From assembly GCA_030704615.1 (NCBI GenBank), contig CM060734.1:40858001-40922000 (forward strand): 64,000 nucleotides of DNA, in the 5' to 3' direction. The position numbers were made by a program, and so were the translations under genes. This document shows, in pieces, positions 34,042 to 46,007 of this stretch (position 1 is its first letter; every line of letters starts with the position of its first letter). The notes beneath the pieces are model-generated. The model was not told the DNA's origin, made no database searches, and worked only from the letters and a program-made list of their open reading frames with translations. The stretch is from Takakia lepidozioides (lineage: Eukaryota; Plantae; Bryophyta).

Positions 34042-37000
34042 TCATCCTCGAATGTATAAATCTCTTCCAAGGTTTTTTTCTTCAGTTTCTTCATCAATTT
34101 TTGGGCTTTGCCTTGGAGAAAAAGAAAGAAAGAATAACGTGTATATGTCTTTCATATATATTTCCTTAATGATATGGTAATATTGCTATGGTTATGTACA
34201 AATGCACTTATATGGACATACTTGGTGGGTATATCCGGGTAAAAAATATACTCGCACAACTCTGCTTCAAACCTCAACACTTGGTAAGTAGAGAAGATAT
34301 TAACATGATCATGTTAGTAGCCCTAGTTCGTAAACCCATCGTTCGATTCTGGCCTTTCTAGCATGTTGAGCGTATCCAATATCACTCGTAGGCGGTTGTT
34401 GGGCAAGAATGATTTTCTAATTACACCAAAGACCACATTTCTCTCAACTATTCATCAATATGGAGCTCATACACATGATATGTATCAATGCGAGAGCACC
34501 AAATATCTAAAGGCATTACGTATATCAATGTAACACAACAAATCTTTAGCCAAAGAACCTCACGACACTGCAGCTGGAGCTTTGCAACTACTTAAATTCA
34601 GTTCCAACGATTTGAATTCTAGTGTAGGTTTCCCAAGACAGACGTGCACGTAGTCGCAACAACTGCGTGGAGTTCATCTGTCCACCATGGAAAGAAAGCA
34701 AAAGAGACCGGAGTCAAGACACAGAAAAACTTCGGCTGTTGCTTGAAATTAGATTTTGCATAACAATTAACAGACCGTTGCGCTACAGTTGTTAGTGGTT
34801 AGGTGCGGCCGTTGACTAACTTATTGGCAAACTTGCTAGCTAGTGAGTGCCTTAGCAACGGCTTACAACCCGCTATTTGATAGCGAGGGGCGGCCGAGGC
34901 CTAAGTTTTCAATAACTACTCAACTTTCATATTAATAAGGTGACTTATGGGAGAGTAGGACAAGAGGTACAAGCAACATAGGTTCGAGCTATGGCGGCAC
35001 CAACAAGGGTGTGGCTTGTCGGTTTATGACACCATCCATCTACCAGGTCTTGAGATGTAGGTGCAGTGTGGACAGTGGTACATTTGTGGAACGTGTTGTG
35101 GGTGTGTTGTTAGTATTGGATGAGTATAGGAGTTTCATCATATCCGCCAGACCCGGTTAGAGCCAGATTTTTGGACGGTATATATGCTCCAGTTATACAT
35201 AGTGGATGTAATTGTTTTCTTTTTGACATATTCTGCAATTATGCATTTAAAAAAAAATCATTCTCATTTTTACTGGGTATATTACGATACTGCTCATGCT
35301 TACCCACAGATAGTCGATCCATTTACAATCACATATTATTGATATCCAGCCCAATTGCAATGGTCATTTCTACGAGTCATACCACGGTACCCCTGTAGCC
35401 GGTTCATAATTTTTATGCCTAATAATTATCTAAAAAAAACAGACATATTAGGCATGTTCCAAGCCATATTTTTGCGTTAGACATCTTCACGATATAATTA
35501 AATTGAGCTGGGCACACAAAATAAATTTTATTTTTTAAAGATAGAAATATAAAATAAAAACCCAAAGCCCCTGCCCCTACCCATAGTTTTCAAGGGGGGT
35601 TGGTATGCCGTGAGCACATCATGAGCAAGGAAAAAAGCTACATGAGCACAATCCATGGCTATAGGGATAATATGTTTGCAAATGGATATACAAGTCATAG
35701 GTGGACATAGGGTACTTCAACTATTTTTTTAAAATTTTAATATTATTTTTTACTAACAGAGGACAGAGGCCCTAGAAGTTGTATTAAAAAATCATGGAAA
35801 AATAACCATGAGAGGCCATGAAGGCTTTACATGGGGATGTCCATGGTAGGAAAAAGGCTTTGCAAGGAAAGCAAATGGTTGACAAACAAGGAGGATCCGA
35901 GGCCCAGAGAGTGATAGAGAAAGAATGGAGATTGACGAGAAACAGCGAGACGGAAGCAAGAGAGACTCAGAGTATTAATTGCATTTAACCTTAGAGTCTT
36001 TAGATCTATGATGGCGCCAATTATAGTCACTATCTTGGCCCTCAAGAGGCGAATTCCCAATCTTTGGGAAATTGTTTTCTGCCATTGTATGAACGATTCA
36101 GACACTGGTGCAAATGTTGCCACCCTTGCCCCAGGAACTGTCAAAGCTCTAGAGAAGTTGTTGCTATCGGTGTTCAGAAGCTTGGGGAAGAGCTGGACAG
36201 GTCACAAGCTAAGCTTTCCTCCCCTCAATCATCATATCAATGTAGATGTTGTACATAACTAATATGATGTTGGGGGATTTCCACAAAACAACCATGCACA
36301 TCTCGATTTCCACAAACGCTATGTTAATAGTAGGGTCAATTGTATGGTATGTGTGTGTATTTTAGCTAACTCTGGCCATACAACAACATACTTTTTAAAT
36401 AGTGAAATATTACTTTTAATATTATAAATAGAAGTATTTTGCTAGCGAAATGTATGAATACTCGGATATATTGAGTTTGGAGAGTTTCATTGTCGAAAAA
36501 AATCCAAGAAAAAAAAAAAAATCGAAAATCAAAAAGATAGTTTCGCTAGAGAAACTCATCGTGCTCAAATTTTGACAATTTTGTCGTGTGAGCATATACT
36601 CTCAAGATATTTTTTGAAATCTATGGAATATTCTGGTGTGCTTTGCGTGAGTATGCTCACACGCTATCCTATCCAATCCCGTTTTCAAGGAGAGGTTATG
36701 TGAACAGGTTTTGCAACCAACTTGTTTGCAATGGATGATGATTTCGTATAAGTAAATCCTAAAGTCACCAAGGATGTACCCCATACCAATAATGACCTTA
36801 CTATTTGTTGCAAATCTGCACAATGGAGGATGCGGATATCTTTGATCTCAATGTGATAGATGGAGAGATCATGATGATTAACGATGAGGACCAATATGAT
36901 GCCATGTCGAGCCCATGGAGGGGCCTTTGGAAATTATAGATTGATTTGTAGGAAGATTGTTCCGCCCGCATATGTGTGACTGATTTTTGTTCAATGAAAT

Positions 37001-39281
37001 TGTCCTCTTATTACAAACAACCGTCGTGAGAAAGGTTTGAAATTTTTTGCTCGAATTTCGAAGAATTAGACACATTCGTCCCATAGTTTTTGAGCAGTTA
37101 GGCCAAAATTAAGAAAATTGCCAACAAGCGTTAGGCACTTAGAATTTCAATTAATTATTGGCACTCTACTGAGGTTAGTTTTTCCTCATATGTATTGCTG
37201 GGACAACTTGTCCCCCTTCTTTCTATAAAGTTCAAGGGTGTCCATTCCCTTAGGGGAAAAAACATTCATTGCCTAACCGGCTATAGGGGGTATGGAAGAA
37301 TCTCAACATGTCGATGTGGACAGTCAGAGGTACCGACCAAAAACTATGCTCCGACACATAATAAGTTAAGGGAACAAACTAGACATGTTGGGAACACACT
37401 GGACATGTTGGGAACACACTGGACATGTCACGGGAGTTTAATGGGCACGCGGGAGACTTGCCGGGTCAATCGCCGGGTGGGCAAGGGGACATCTGGAGCG
37501 GGCCCGCTCTTGTCCTGTCCCTGTCCCCGTCCTGCTCCCCTCCAACCCGCACAAGCCCTGAACCCTCCGTAACCTAAAGATTGGTGTGGGAAGAAAGCAG
37601 CGGGTAGCCTGGTGGCTAGGTTCATTGGACGACAGTATCGTTGTTTAGAGTTCAAATCTCAAATGCTGTGTGGAGCTTTGACAAGGGGCCCACCAATACA
37701 CACATGGGCTCGTGCGCATTAAACTCCCATGCTATGTCTGGTTATAAACGGTGAAATACAAAGGAATCTGGTTACGATTGTGAGTGAGCACAAAGAAGCT
37801 GTGGAGGGGCTCGTGCAGTGACCGGGAGTGTCGGTGCCTCCGACGTTGGGTGCGCTCATGCTGTGCACCTCATCACTGCTGTCCTGATTGAGAGGTCTCT
37901 CTGGTCTCGTGATGTGCAAGTGGACATCATTCCTACTTGCAGGTACGAATTCTGGGTCACCTTTGATGTGATGTTCTCAAGAGTGGTGTACCAAGCTGAG
38001 GTGACATTTCCATGGTTCCCTATTCACACATTACGATGGTGAAGGGGGGAAAATTCAACTCCTGTTGTAGAGGCAATCTGAGGCATCTGCATGCTGATGA
38101 TAAATCCAGTCACAATTTATTGTGTCAATCTTAAGCAGCTGCAGAAGAAAATGACTCTCGAAATAGATTGAGATGTCATGTCTCATGGTCATTCCGAGAT
38201 AAACTAATATTTTTCCTTAACAGTGAATTGAGGTACCAGACGTGGTAGGCTGTTGGTCTTCTTGCTGCTGGGTGGAGCACATAGGACGATCTCAACATTA
38301 GACTTGCAACTGGCTTGTCTGTCGAAACCATAATTGTCCTTTGTAAGGCAGCTGATTGAACAAAATTTGAGTACCATTGACGTGCTAGCTCTCGTGCAGA
38401 GAGTTGGAGAGGGGGATTGTCCCCTACGGCCCTCCGGTCGAGGCTTCTTGGCTGATTTAAACCCCGAGGCTGGCCAGGGTGACCGTCACAGGTCTCCTTT
38501 TTACTTTCTCTCCGGAGTGCCTGGAAGCCTACATGCATGATGGTGTCATTTGATGTTTTTGGAACTGGTTTCTTGTTCTCTTTGTTCCATGGAAGCCCAT
38601 GGAGGTTACTGAGAGTACCATCAATAAGGCCACAGCGGAACTGCTGCTCTAGAGTAAGAAAACACAATGCCTCAGAGAAATGACCTCTGGGCCTTTTTCT
38701 CAGAATTTGCTGATTCAGAGGACTGAGGGATCACCAAAATGCCCCTGCAAGCCAGTCCCCAGGCTCAAGAAACTAAATAGTATTTACTACCTTTCTACAG
38801 AAAAGTAACCTTTCAAGTGGGTGTGGGAAGAGGGATTAAAAAGAGGTCATAGCCTGGCATTCAAGCTGGGACCCTCCGCTTGTCTGTAGCTAGGGGTTGA
38901 ACACTGGCATCAAGTCCTTTTGGGAGAAAATGTCATTAGTGAGAATTGTCCCTTTTGCCCTCCACCCCTTGCCCCCAGCCTTTTCCCTCCCTCTGCCCTC
39001 ACCCATGGACGTAATAATTTCTCTTTCTTCCATATCTTTCTACCTTCAAGAGACTGCCTCCCTTATGAGGGCCTTGGCGGGTAAACCCTTGAGGTCATCC
39101 ACGATGGCCTCTCCCATGTCACAGACTGGGAACTAGTTCAGGGAAGCTTTCTGCCTAACTTCATTTTCATCAGACAATGTCCTGGCAACAGACATGGCTT
39201 TGGACACTACAGCCTCTAAGTCAGATTTATCCAGCAGGGACGAGACTTGCGGGCTCAGATGCAGATCCTTGAGAATCTCTT

Positions 39282-39602
39282 CTACTCTTCCGCCAGGACT
39301 ACAGGGCGATCCTGCTTCCAAGATATAGAGTCGATTAACTTAGGATATCTGGTATTAGACATATGTTGCAGCTGACCCCACCATCTGACCTTAAATTCAT
39401 CTCGTCGGGAGCTTAAGGAAGGGATGCCAAACACACCCCGAACAACCACGTTGGCTGTTTTGGAGCACGCTGACATGCACTCCTTAAGCACCCCCACTTG
39501 AATGGATTCTAGAGACTTAGCCTGGTTGGAGTTATCAACCCATACTGTAGATGCGTACTCCAAGGCAGGCCTAATAACGCAGCAAAGCATCATTCTTTTC
39601 AC
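39282..39602 (-). pseudogene. non-LTR (LINE) RT C-terminal fragment
   Basis: IRPALEYASTVW...LESIQ...GIPSLSSRR resembles the thumb region of LINE ORF2. Confidence 0.65.
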
Positions 39603-39744
39603 TTCAGAGTTGATCCCTTAGCAGTGGAAAAATTTAGTGAGACCCAGTGCTTTGCGCTTGCCAGATTGAACCATTTTTTGAATACATGCATCCCAATTAC
39701 AGTTGGAGGAAAACTCAACGCCAAGGTATGTATAGGAAGAGGAC

Positions 39745-39904
39745 CGGAGTATCACTTACAGAGAAGGACATAGAAGAGATTGAAGCAGCTGTTCCACTGG
39801 ATGAGGTTGCAGGCCACTGGTCTATACGTTCCCTGATGAAGAGCACATGGGAGTTCACATGCAGCCTGCCCCTTTCCCCATGGCGGGGTGCAGTGGCAGT
39901 TTGA
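39745..39904 (+). pseudogene. orphan C-terminal fragment of a plant aldo-keto reductase (perakine reductase/IN2-2-like)
   Basis: VSLTEKDIEEIEAAVPLDEVAG...STWEF..SLPLS.W matches the AKR C-terminal tail; no other AKR exons were recognised nearby. Confidence 0.55.
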
Positions 39905-40673
39905 GAGCATGTACAAAGCCAGCGCAATTCAATATAAGCGCAACCGCAGCCTGCAATCTGCTGGTCACTGTCAATCATTGGAGCCAAGTATCACCTTTTC
40001 TCTGGGTTGAAGAATACGGTGGGGGTCATCTTGTGAGATAAAGTGTATTGTTTTCAGCTCTCTCATACTGGAACAAAGCACACATGTTGGAAAGCTCTAC
40101 TTGCTTGTGGCAGATCTCAGTGCCTTGCAGTCAAACGACTTAAAAATGACTGCCTGGCAACTTCCAGTGAAGTTGCATGCAATGGGTAGCTATGGACCTA
40201 GATACTTGAGCAAGAATAAAAAATGGGGAAAAGCCATCTGGCAACTGAAAGATTTGAACACGGAGGATTGTGGATTTCAGATTTCTTGTTCCAGATAATA
40301 ATGTGGGCATCTCTGCATGAATTAACAGACAAGATGCTGAACAAACTTGTGCACAGGGCTGCCAATCAAGCTCATTAAGAATCGTATTCACTTTCATCTT
40401 CAAGTTTCGTAGAAGCTCCACCACCCACACCAGAGTTAGAACAGCGCTCTGATATCCTTCCACTATCACCAGAGTCAGTCAAAACCTCCCCTTCCACACA
40501 TTACCTGCTCCCTCAAGTGGAATAATGGGCTGACTTTGCACTCCCATTTCCTGTGGATATGCCCTCAATAGTACATCATGGTCAAAGTTCTCAGGAAATG
40601 GTGGATGAACTGAGTAGCTACACAGATCTATGAATGAAGCAAGAGACTCACACCTTTCCAGAAAAACATTGTG

Positions 40674-43600
40674 TCACCAGTAATCCCCACAAGAACAAAC
40701 CCCATCTTCAAAGTGGTGGAAGCGGTTAGCATCCCGAACAACAATTGCTCGGCCAACAATCTTTGAGATGAACTTGGTGGAGGTGTGGCAGTCACCACAC
40801 ACCCGAAGATTCTTGATGAGACGGAGAGGTGTCCTAGGGGCTGTGCTGATCAGCCCAAAACCAATGGCCAGCTTCTCACTGTGGTGGCAAAGAGAAAATT
40901 CCTTTTGCTCCTCCCCCACATTATGCAATACGAAGCGCGTGTCAGGCACATACCCTGCCTCCTTCATCTGCCCTGACAATCTTCTCAGCTCAGCATGGAT
41001 TTCCTTAATTTTGGGATGCAATTTGTCATCTACAACAAAGGTGTGCACCCTCTTGCTAACCTCAATGTAGCATCGACCTGGCTCCTTTCTAACCCCTCTG
41101 ATCTTCATCATATTTCTCACCTTTGCACTATCGTCCCACCTGCCAGCTGCGGCGTAGATGTTTGATAGCAACACATAAGTCGCGGCATCCTGTTCATCCC
41201 ACTTGAGAATAGATATTGCTGCACGTGCAGCCATCTCCACATTGCCATGGATTCTGCAGGCACCAAGCAAGGCCTTCCACACCACAGCATCTGGTTTGAT
41301 TGGCATTTTATTAATGAGGTCCTCTGCCTCATCCAATTGCCCTGCACGTCCGAGAAGGTCCACCATGCAGCCAAAGTGCTTTACTGTGGGAGTGAGACCA
41401 TGATCTTGACTCAGGGAATCGAAGTAGCGTCTTCCTTCATCCAGTAGGCCAACGTGGCTGCATACAGAGAGAACACATATAAAGGCGATACTGTCCGGCT
41501 TCAAGCCTTCCTTCTGCATTCCTTCAAATAGTTGCAGGGCCTCCCTATAACAACCATGCTGGGCATATCCTGCAATCATCGCGTTCCACGACACCACGTC
41601 TCGTTCGGCCATATTGTCAAACACTCCCTTTGCATACTTGATACACCCACATTTGGCATACATGTCCACCAGGGCAGTGTTCAGAATGACATCGGGTACA
41701 ACTCCAGCTTTGACGATGTCACCATGAACCTCTTGGCCCTTTTCCAGGGCTGCCAAGCTCGCACATGCATTGCAAACGCAAACAAATGTGATGTGGTCGG
41801 GCTTCACCCCTTCCCGCGTCATTTGCTCATAGGTCTCCAAAGCCTCCATTCCGCGCCCCTGCTGTGCATATCCAGCAATCATCACACTCCACGACACCAC
41901 ATCTTGTTCAGCCATGTGGTCGAACACTCCCTTTGCATCGTCAAAGCTGCCACATTTGCAATACATGTTCATCAGAGCACTGTTCAGTACAACATCTGGT
42001 ACAATTCCAGCTTTGACGATGTCACCATGGACCTCTTTGCCCGTTTCCAGGGCTGCCATGCTCGCACACGCATTGCAAACACAAACAAACGTGATGTGGT
42101 TGGGCTTCACACCTTCCTGCATCATTTGCTCATAGGTCTCCAAAGCCTCCATTCCGCGCCCCTCCCGTGCATATCCTGCAATCATCGCGTTCCACGACAC
42201 CACATCTTTTTCAGCCATATGGTCGAACACTCCCTTTGCATCCTCGATTCTCCCACATTTGGCATACATGTCCACGAGGGTATTGCTCAGAATGACATCT
42301 GGTACAATTCCAGCTTTGACTATGTCACCATGGACCTCTTTGCCCTTTTCCAGGGCTGTCAGACTTGCACACGCACTGCAAACACAGACAAACGTGAAGT
42401 GGTTGGGCTTCACTCCTTCCCTCATCATTTGCTCATAGGTCTCCAAAGCCTCCATCCCCTGCCCCTGCTGTGCATATCCTGTGATCATCGCGCTCCACGA
42501 CACCACATCTCGTTCAGCCATTTTGTTAAACACTCCCTTTGCATCCTCGATGCTCCCACATTTGGCATACATGTTCATCAGAGCAGTGTTCAGAACAACA
42601 TTTGGTACAATTCCAGCTTTGACGATGTCACTATGGACCTCTTTGCCATTTTCCAGGGCTGCCAGGCTTGCACACGCATTGCAAACACAAACAAACGTGA
42701 TGTGGTCAGGCTTCACCCCTTCCCGCATCATTTGCTCATAGGTCTCCAAAGCCTCCATCCCGCGCCCCTGCTGTGCATATCCTGCAATCATCGTGCTCCA
42801 CGACACCACATCTCGTTCAGCCATATTGTTGAACACTCTCTTTGCGTCCTCAATGCTCCCACATTTGGCATACATGTTCATCAGAGCACTGTTCAGAACA
42901 ATATCTGGTACAACGCCAGCTTTGACGATGTCACCATGGACCTCTTTGCCCTTTTCCAAGGCTGTAAGGCTTCCACATGCATTGCAAACAGAAACAAAGG
43001 TGATGTGGTTGGGCATTACCCCTTCCTGCATCATTTGCTCATATGTCTCCAAAGCCTCCATCCCACACCCCTGCTGTGCATATCCTGCAATCATTGCGCT
43101 CCACGACACAACATTTCGTTCAGCCATATTGTCGAACACTCCCTTTGCATCTGCAATGCTCCGGCATTTGGCATACATGTCCACCAGGGCAGTGTTCAGA
43201 ATGACATCTGGTACAGTTCCAGCTTTGATGATGTCACCATGGACCTCTTTGCCCTTTTCCAGGGCTGCCAGGCTCGCACACGCATTGCAAATGCAAACAA
43301 ACGTGATGTGGTTGGGCTTCATCCCTACCCGCATCATCTGCTCATATGTCTCCAAAGCATTCCTACCACACCCATGCTTGGTAAATCCTGCCATCATTAT
43401 ATTCCAGGTGATCAAACTTCGTTGAGGCATTTTGTTGAAGATTTGGTGAGCATCCACAATGCTCCCACACTTCACATACATGTTGACAAGGGTGTTGTAT
43501 AGAAAAACGTTTGGCTTGAATCCACTTTGAACAATGTGAGCGTGCACCAGCTTTCCAGCTTCCAGGCCTTTCATCTTGATGCACTTATGCAAGAGACAAA

Positions 43601-43757
43601 CGTAAGTATCTGAATCTGTTGAAATGCATCCTTGGTGTAAGGTCTGTAGAGCCTCTTTCAGTCGCCCTGCCTCACATAGCATTCTCACATGCCCAGAAGT
43701 GCCAGAAGAGGCTGTGAGGACTTCCTCTCTTGGTCCTCTTTCAGAAGCTGTGGTCAT
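40674..43757 (-). CDS. PLS-class pentatricopeptide repeat protein with E1-E2-DYW deaminase (C-to-U RNA editing factor)
   Basis: Intronless open frame (open from 43901, first ATG at 43757) with six S-P-L triplets, then S-P2-L2-S2, E1/E2, PG box PGRCYIEV, HSEKLA, CGDCH and terminal DYW. Confidence 0.95.
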   Translation of the reverse strand: MTTASERGPREEVLTASSGTSGHVRMLCEAGRLKEALQTLHQGCISTDSDTYVCLLHKCIKMKGLEAGKLVHAHIVQSGFKPNVFLYNTLVNMYVKCGSIVDAHQIFNKMPQRSLITWNIMMAGFTKHGCGRNALETYEQMMRVGMKPNHITFVCICNACASLAALEKGKEVHGDIIKAGTVPDVILNTALVDMYAKCRSIADAKGVFDNMAERNVVSWSAMIAGYAQQGCGMEALETYEQMMQEGVMPNHITFVSVCNACGSLTALEKGKEVHGDIVKAGVVPDIVLNSALMNMYAKCGSIEDAKRVFNNMAERDVVSWSTMIAGYAQQGRGMEALETYEQMMREGVKPDHITFVCVCNACASLAALENGKEVHSDIVKAGIVPNVVLNTALMNMYAKCGSIEDAKGVFNKMAERDVVSWSAMITGYAQQGQGMEALETYEQMMREGVKPNHFTFVCVCSACASLTALEKGKEVHGDIVKAGIVPDVILSNTLVDMYAKCGRIEDAKGVFDHMAEKDVVSWNAMIAGYAREGRGMEALETYEQMMQEGVKPNHITFVCVCNACASMAALETGKEVHGDIVKAGIVPDVVLNSALMNMYCKCGSFDDAKGVFDHMAEQDVVSWSVMIAGYAQQGRGMEALETYEQMTREGVKPDHITFVCVCNACASLAALEKGQEVHGDIVKAGVVPDVILNTALVDMYAKCGCIKYAKGVFDNMAERDVVSWNAMIAGYAQHGCYREALQLFEGMQKEGLKPDSIAFICVLSVCSHVGLLDEGRRYFDSLSQDHGLTPTVKHFGCMVDLLGRAGQLDEAEDLINKMPIKPDAVVWKALLGACRIHGNVEMAARAAISILKWDEQDAATYVLLSNIYAAAGRWDDSAKVRNMMKIRGVRKEPGRCYIEVSKRVHTFVVDDKLHPKIKEIHAELRRLSGQMKEAGYVPDTRFVLHNVGEEQKEFSLCHHSEKLAIGFGLISTAPRTPLRLIKNLRVCGDCHTSTKFISKIVGRAIVVRDANRFHHFEDGVCSCGDYW

Positions 43758-43814
43758 GGTCGAGGTGCCTGATTTTATCAACTGTGCTGCTGCTGCAGCT
43801 GCTTCCACTTGCCC

Positions 43815-44930
43815 ATCTACCCAAGCATTGTTCTTGTAGCTATCAATCCACAGGTAATCTTGTACTTCAAATCTGGCCCTCTTGCATGAATCTGCACCCA
43901 CACTCTATCCCTGCTCCTTCAGCTATTCCTGCCTCTGCACCAGTCTAGCTCCTTACCTTGCTGCTAGCAGCTTACAATGACAGTCTAGATTTGTTCTAGG
44001 AAACACCCCAACCCTACTTATCACACACCAGTTCCTATGCTGAATTGCTCCCAAGAGTTTAAAAGTGTGCGAGGAGGCATTCACCTGTTTGCCTCGATTG
44101 TCCCACCATTGACTGGGGTCGAGAAAGTATTCATTCCAAAGTTTCTCCTTGACTCTGTTATCTGTGTTTGGATACTTTCCTGTTGCCACATTGGCAGTAA
44201 TATGTCAAAATAACTCCAAACTACAATAGATCCACCCAACTGGCTCACTCACAGAATTCAACATAACAAATCAGGGACAATTCTTATAAGAGGGTAAAAC
44301 AGACTGAATATGTTGAAGAAGAAGGTGCCCTCACCACATTGTCCTTGAACTCCTGTCATGACCCATGGACGATTCCACCGACCATCAACCCAAAAGGACC
44401 TCTTGGGTGTGCTGCTTGTGTCTGTAGTCAGGTGATCGCGGATTGGTCTGAACCACCACGGTGCATCTGAGCAGCCATAGATTTAAACACGGCCTCCTAA
44501 GACCAAGCTGACTCCCAAGTACCTTATAAATACCAGGAAAAATACCAAATCATGACATCAACAGGAAGAGCCCACATTTGCAGGATAGACAAACTTCTTC
44601 CCATAAGAAAGCCACACCTTGCCATTGCGGTTGTCCCACCATAGTGAAGGATCTTCACAAAACTCATACCAGCTTTGCTCCATGCTCCACGGTAGACCTT
44701 TGTGCCCGAAAATCCGACAGCATCAACATTTTGACAAGTACGGAGGAGTGCTAGTAAGCTCTCAACAACATTCATGCAAGTCACTTTGGGCTCCATTGGA
44801 TTCTACACAATGAGGAACATACGAATGCTAAACCAGCTTATGTCTGCAGTCTGGATAATTTGGAGTTGTCTGTGTAAACGACCAGGGAGCAGCTGAGCAG
44901 CCACAGTCCAAACCTTCCAAGTACCTTGCC
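43815..44930 (-). pseudogene. decayed N-terminal exons with tandem OSB-type WWDNR/PDF motifs, upstream of the PPR ORF
   Basis: EQSWYEFCEDPSLWWDNRNGK (donor 44618) | TNPRSPDYRHK..WVDGRWNRPWV (44447-44335) | EKLWNEYFLDPSQWWDNRGKQ (44179-44085) | IHARGPDLKYKIT/LWIDSYKNNAWV (from 43891). A further remnant TTPNYPDCRHK lies near 44850. Splice phases are compatible but frameshifts are present. Confidence 0.75.
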
Positions 44931-46007
44931 AACTAGACCTTGCGCAAGGTAGGATGCGCAAGGTCTCCGTCCTCTGCGCATAGCCAAGGGGGGTGCCGCT
45001 TTCAGCTCCACAGCCCAGCCCTCAATCCGCTGCATGACGCGAGGCCTCTCGCATGACCCAATCGAGAAGACAGGGCCTTGCGTATGGAGTGGGTATGCAG
45101 GAGAGCGCGGGAAAACGCTACCATCCCCGCTCGTGAGTCAGAAAGAGGCAGAAAGATATATTTTGGTGCGTATACTTGCAACCCCAATGCAAGACACGAT
45201 CGCAACATCATGCTCCTCTATACATGGCAGACGATCACCCAGCTTCAAGCATCACATTTGCTGCCACATTCAATTTTACTTCTCTTTCTGTGTGTCCTCC
45301 TTTCCAAAGACAGATCATCTCTCTCTCCTCTACCTTCTATCACCAGTGTCGACAGCGTCTGTGGAGTAATAGCGTAACTCTACCCATATGGTGAGCCATG
45401 GAGTAACGCGATGGACGAAGTCAGCCTATAAACCTAGAAAATACAGTGGACAGAGCCATCCTAAATCTAGGACTCTCCTTGATCATCGCGGGTTTAGTTG
45501 GCGATCCACAAGTGGACGTTGCTGTTGTAATGTTCGCTTGGAAACCCGCGATGATCAAGGGGACAAGCCGGCGATGAATCGTGAGGTGATTACAATCGGC
45601 ATGTAGCCTACAGCTCTATTCCACTGGATTTGGAGAAATCACGCTGGTTTTCGATGTATATACGCAGGGAGACTGAGAAAAATGTCTGAGAGAGAGGTGA
45701 TGCATACATAGGCAAATGGCGTCGAAATCGTGATCCATAAACATTTCATGGTTTCAAGGAGCATTCCATCACTGTGTTTGGACTGGAAACTTTCTGGATT
45801 CTTTCATACCCAATTGCGGATCATTAGGTGCCAGAGCAAACGTGCCTTGTAATATCTAAACTTTGAGCATGAAGTGCTTGGAGCGGGATTATCTCGCAAT
45901 TCGACCGGAGGGATGGAGCAGAATATCTCTCAATCGTAGTAGAGAATGCAGTCTTTGATCTCTGAACAATGCCAGTTTACTGTCGTCCGGAAGAATAGGA
46001 TTGAGAA

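Noticed and set aside
36585-36663. short inverted repeat CGTGTGAGCATA...TATGCTCACACG
   Set aside because: Too short, with no TSD or element boundaries to support a call.
38176-38667. 163-aa ORF
   Set aside because: Non-ATG start and no recognisable homology; cannot be supported as a gene.
41532-43502. 656-aa ORF on the + strand
   Set aside because: Antisense shadow of the repetitive PPR array; no independent protein motifs.
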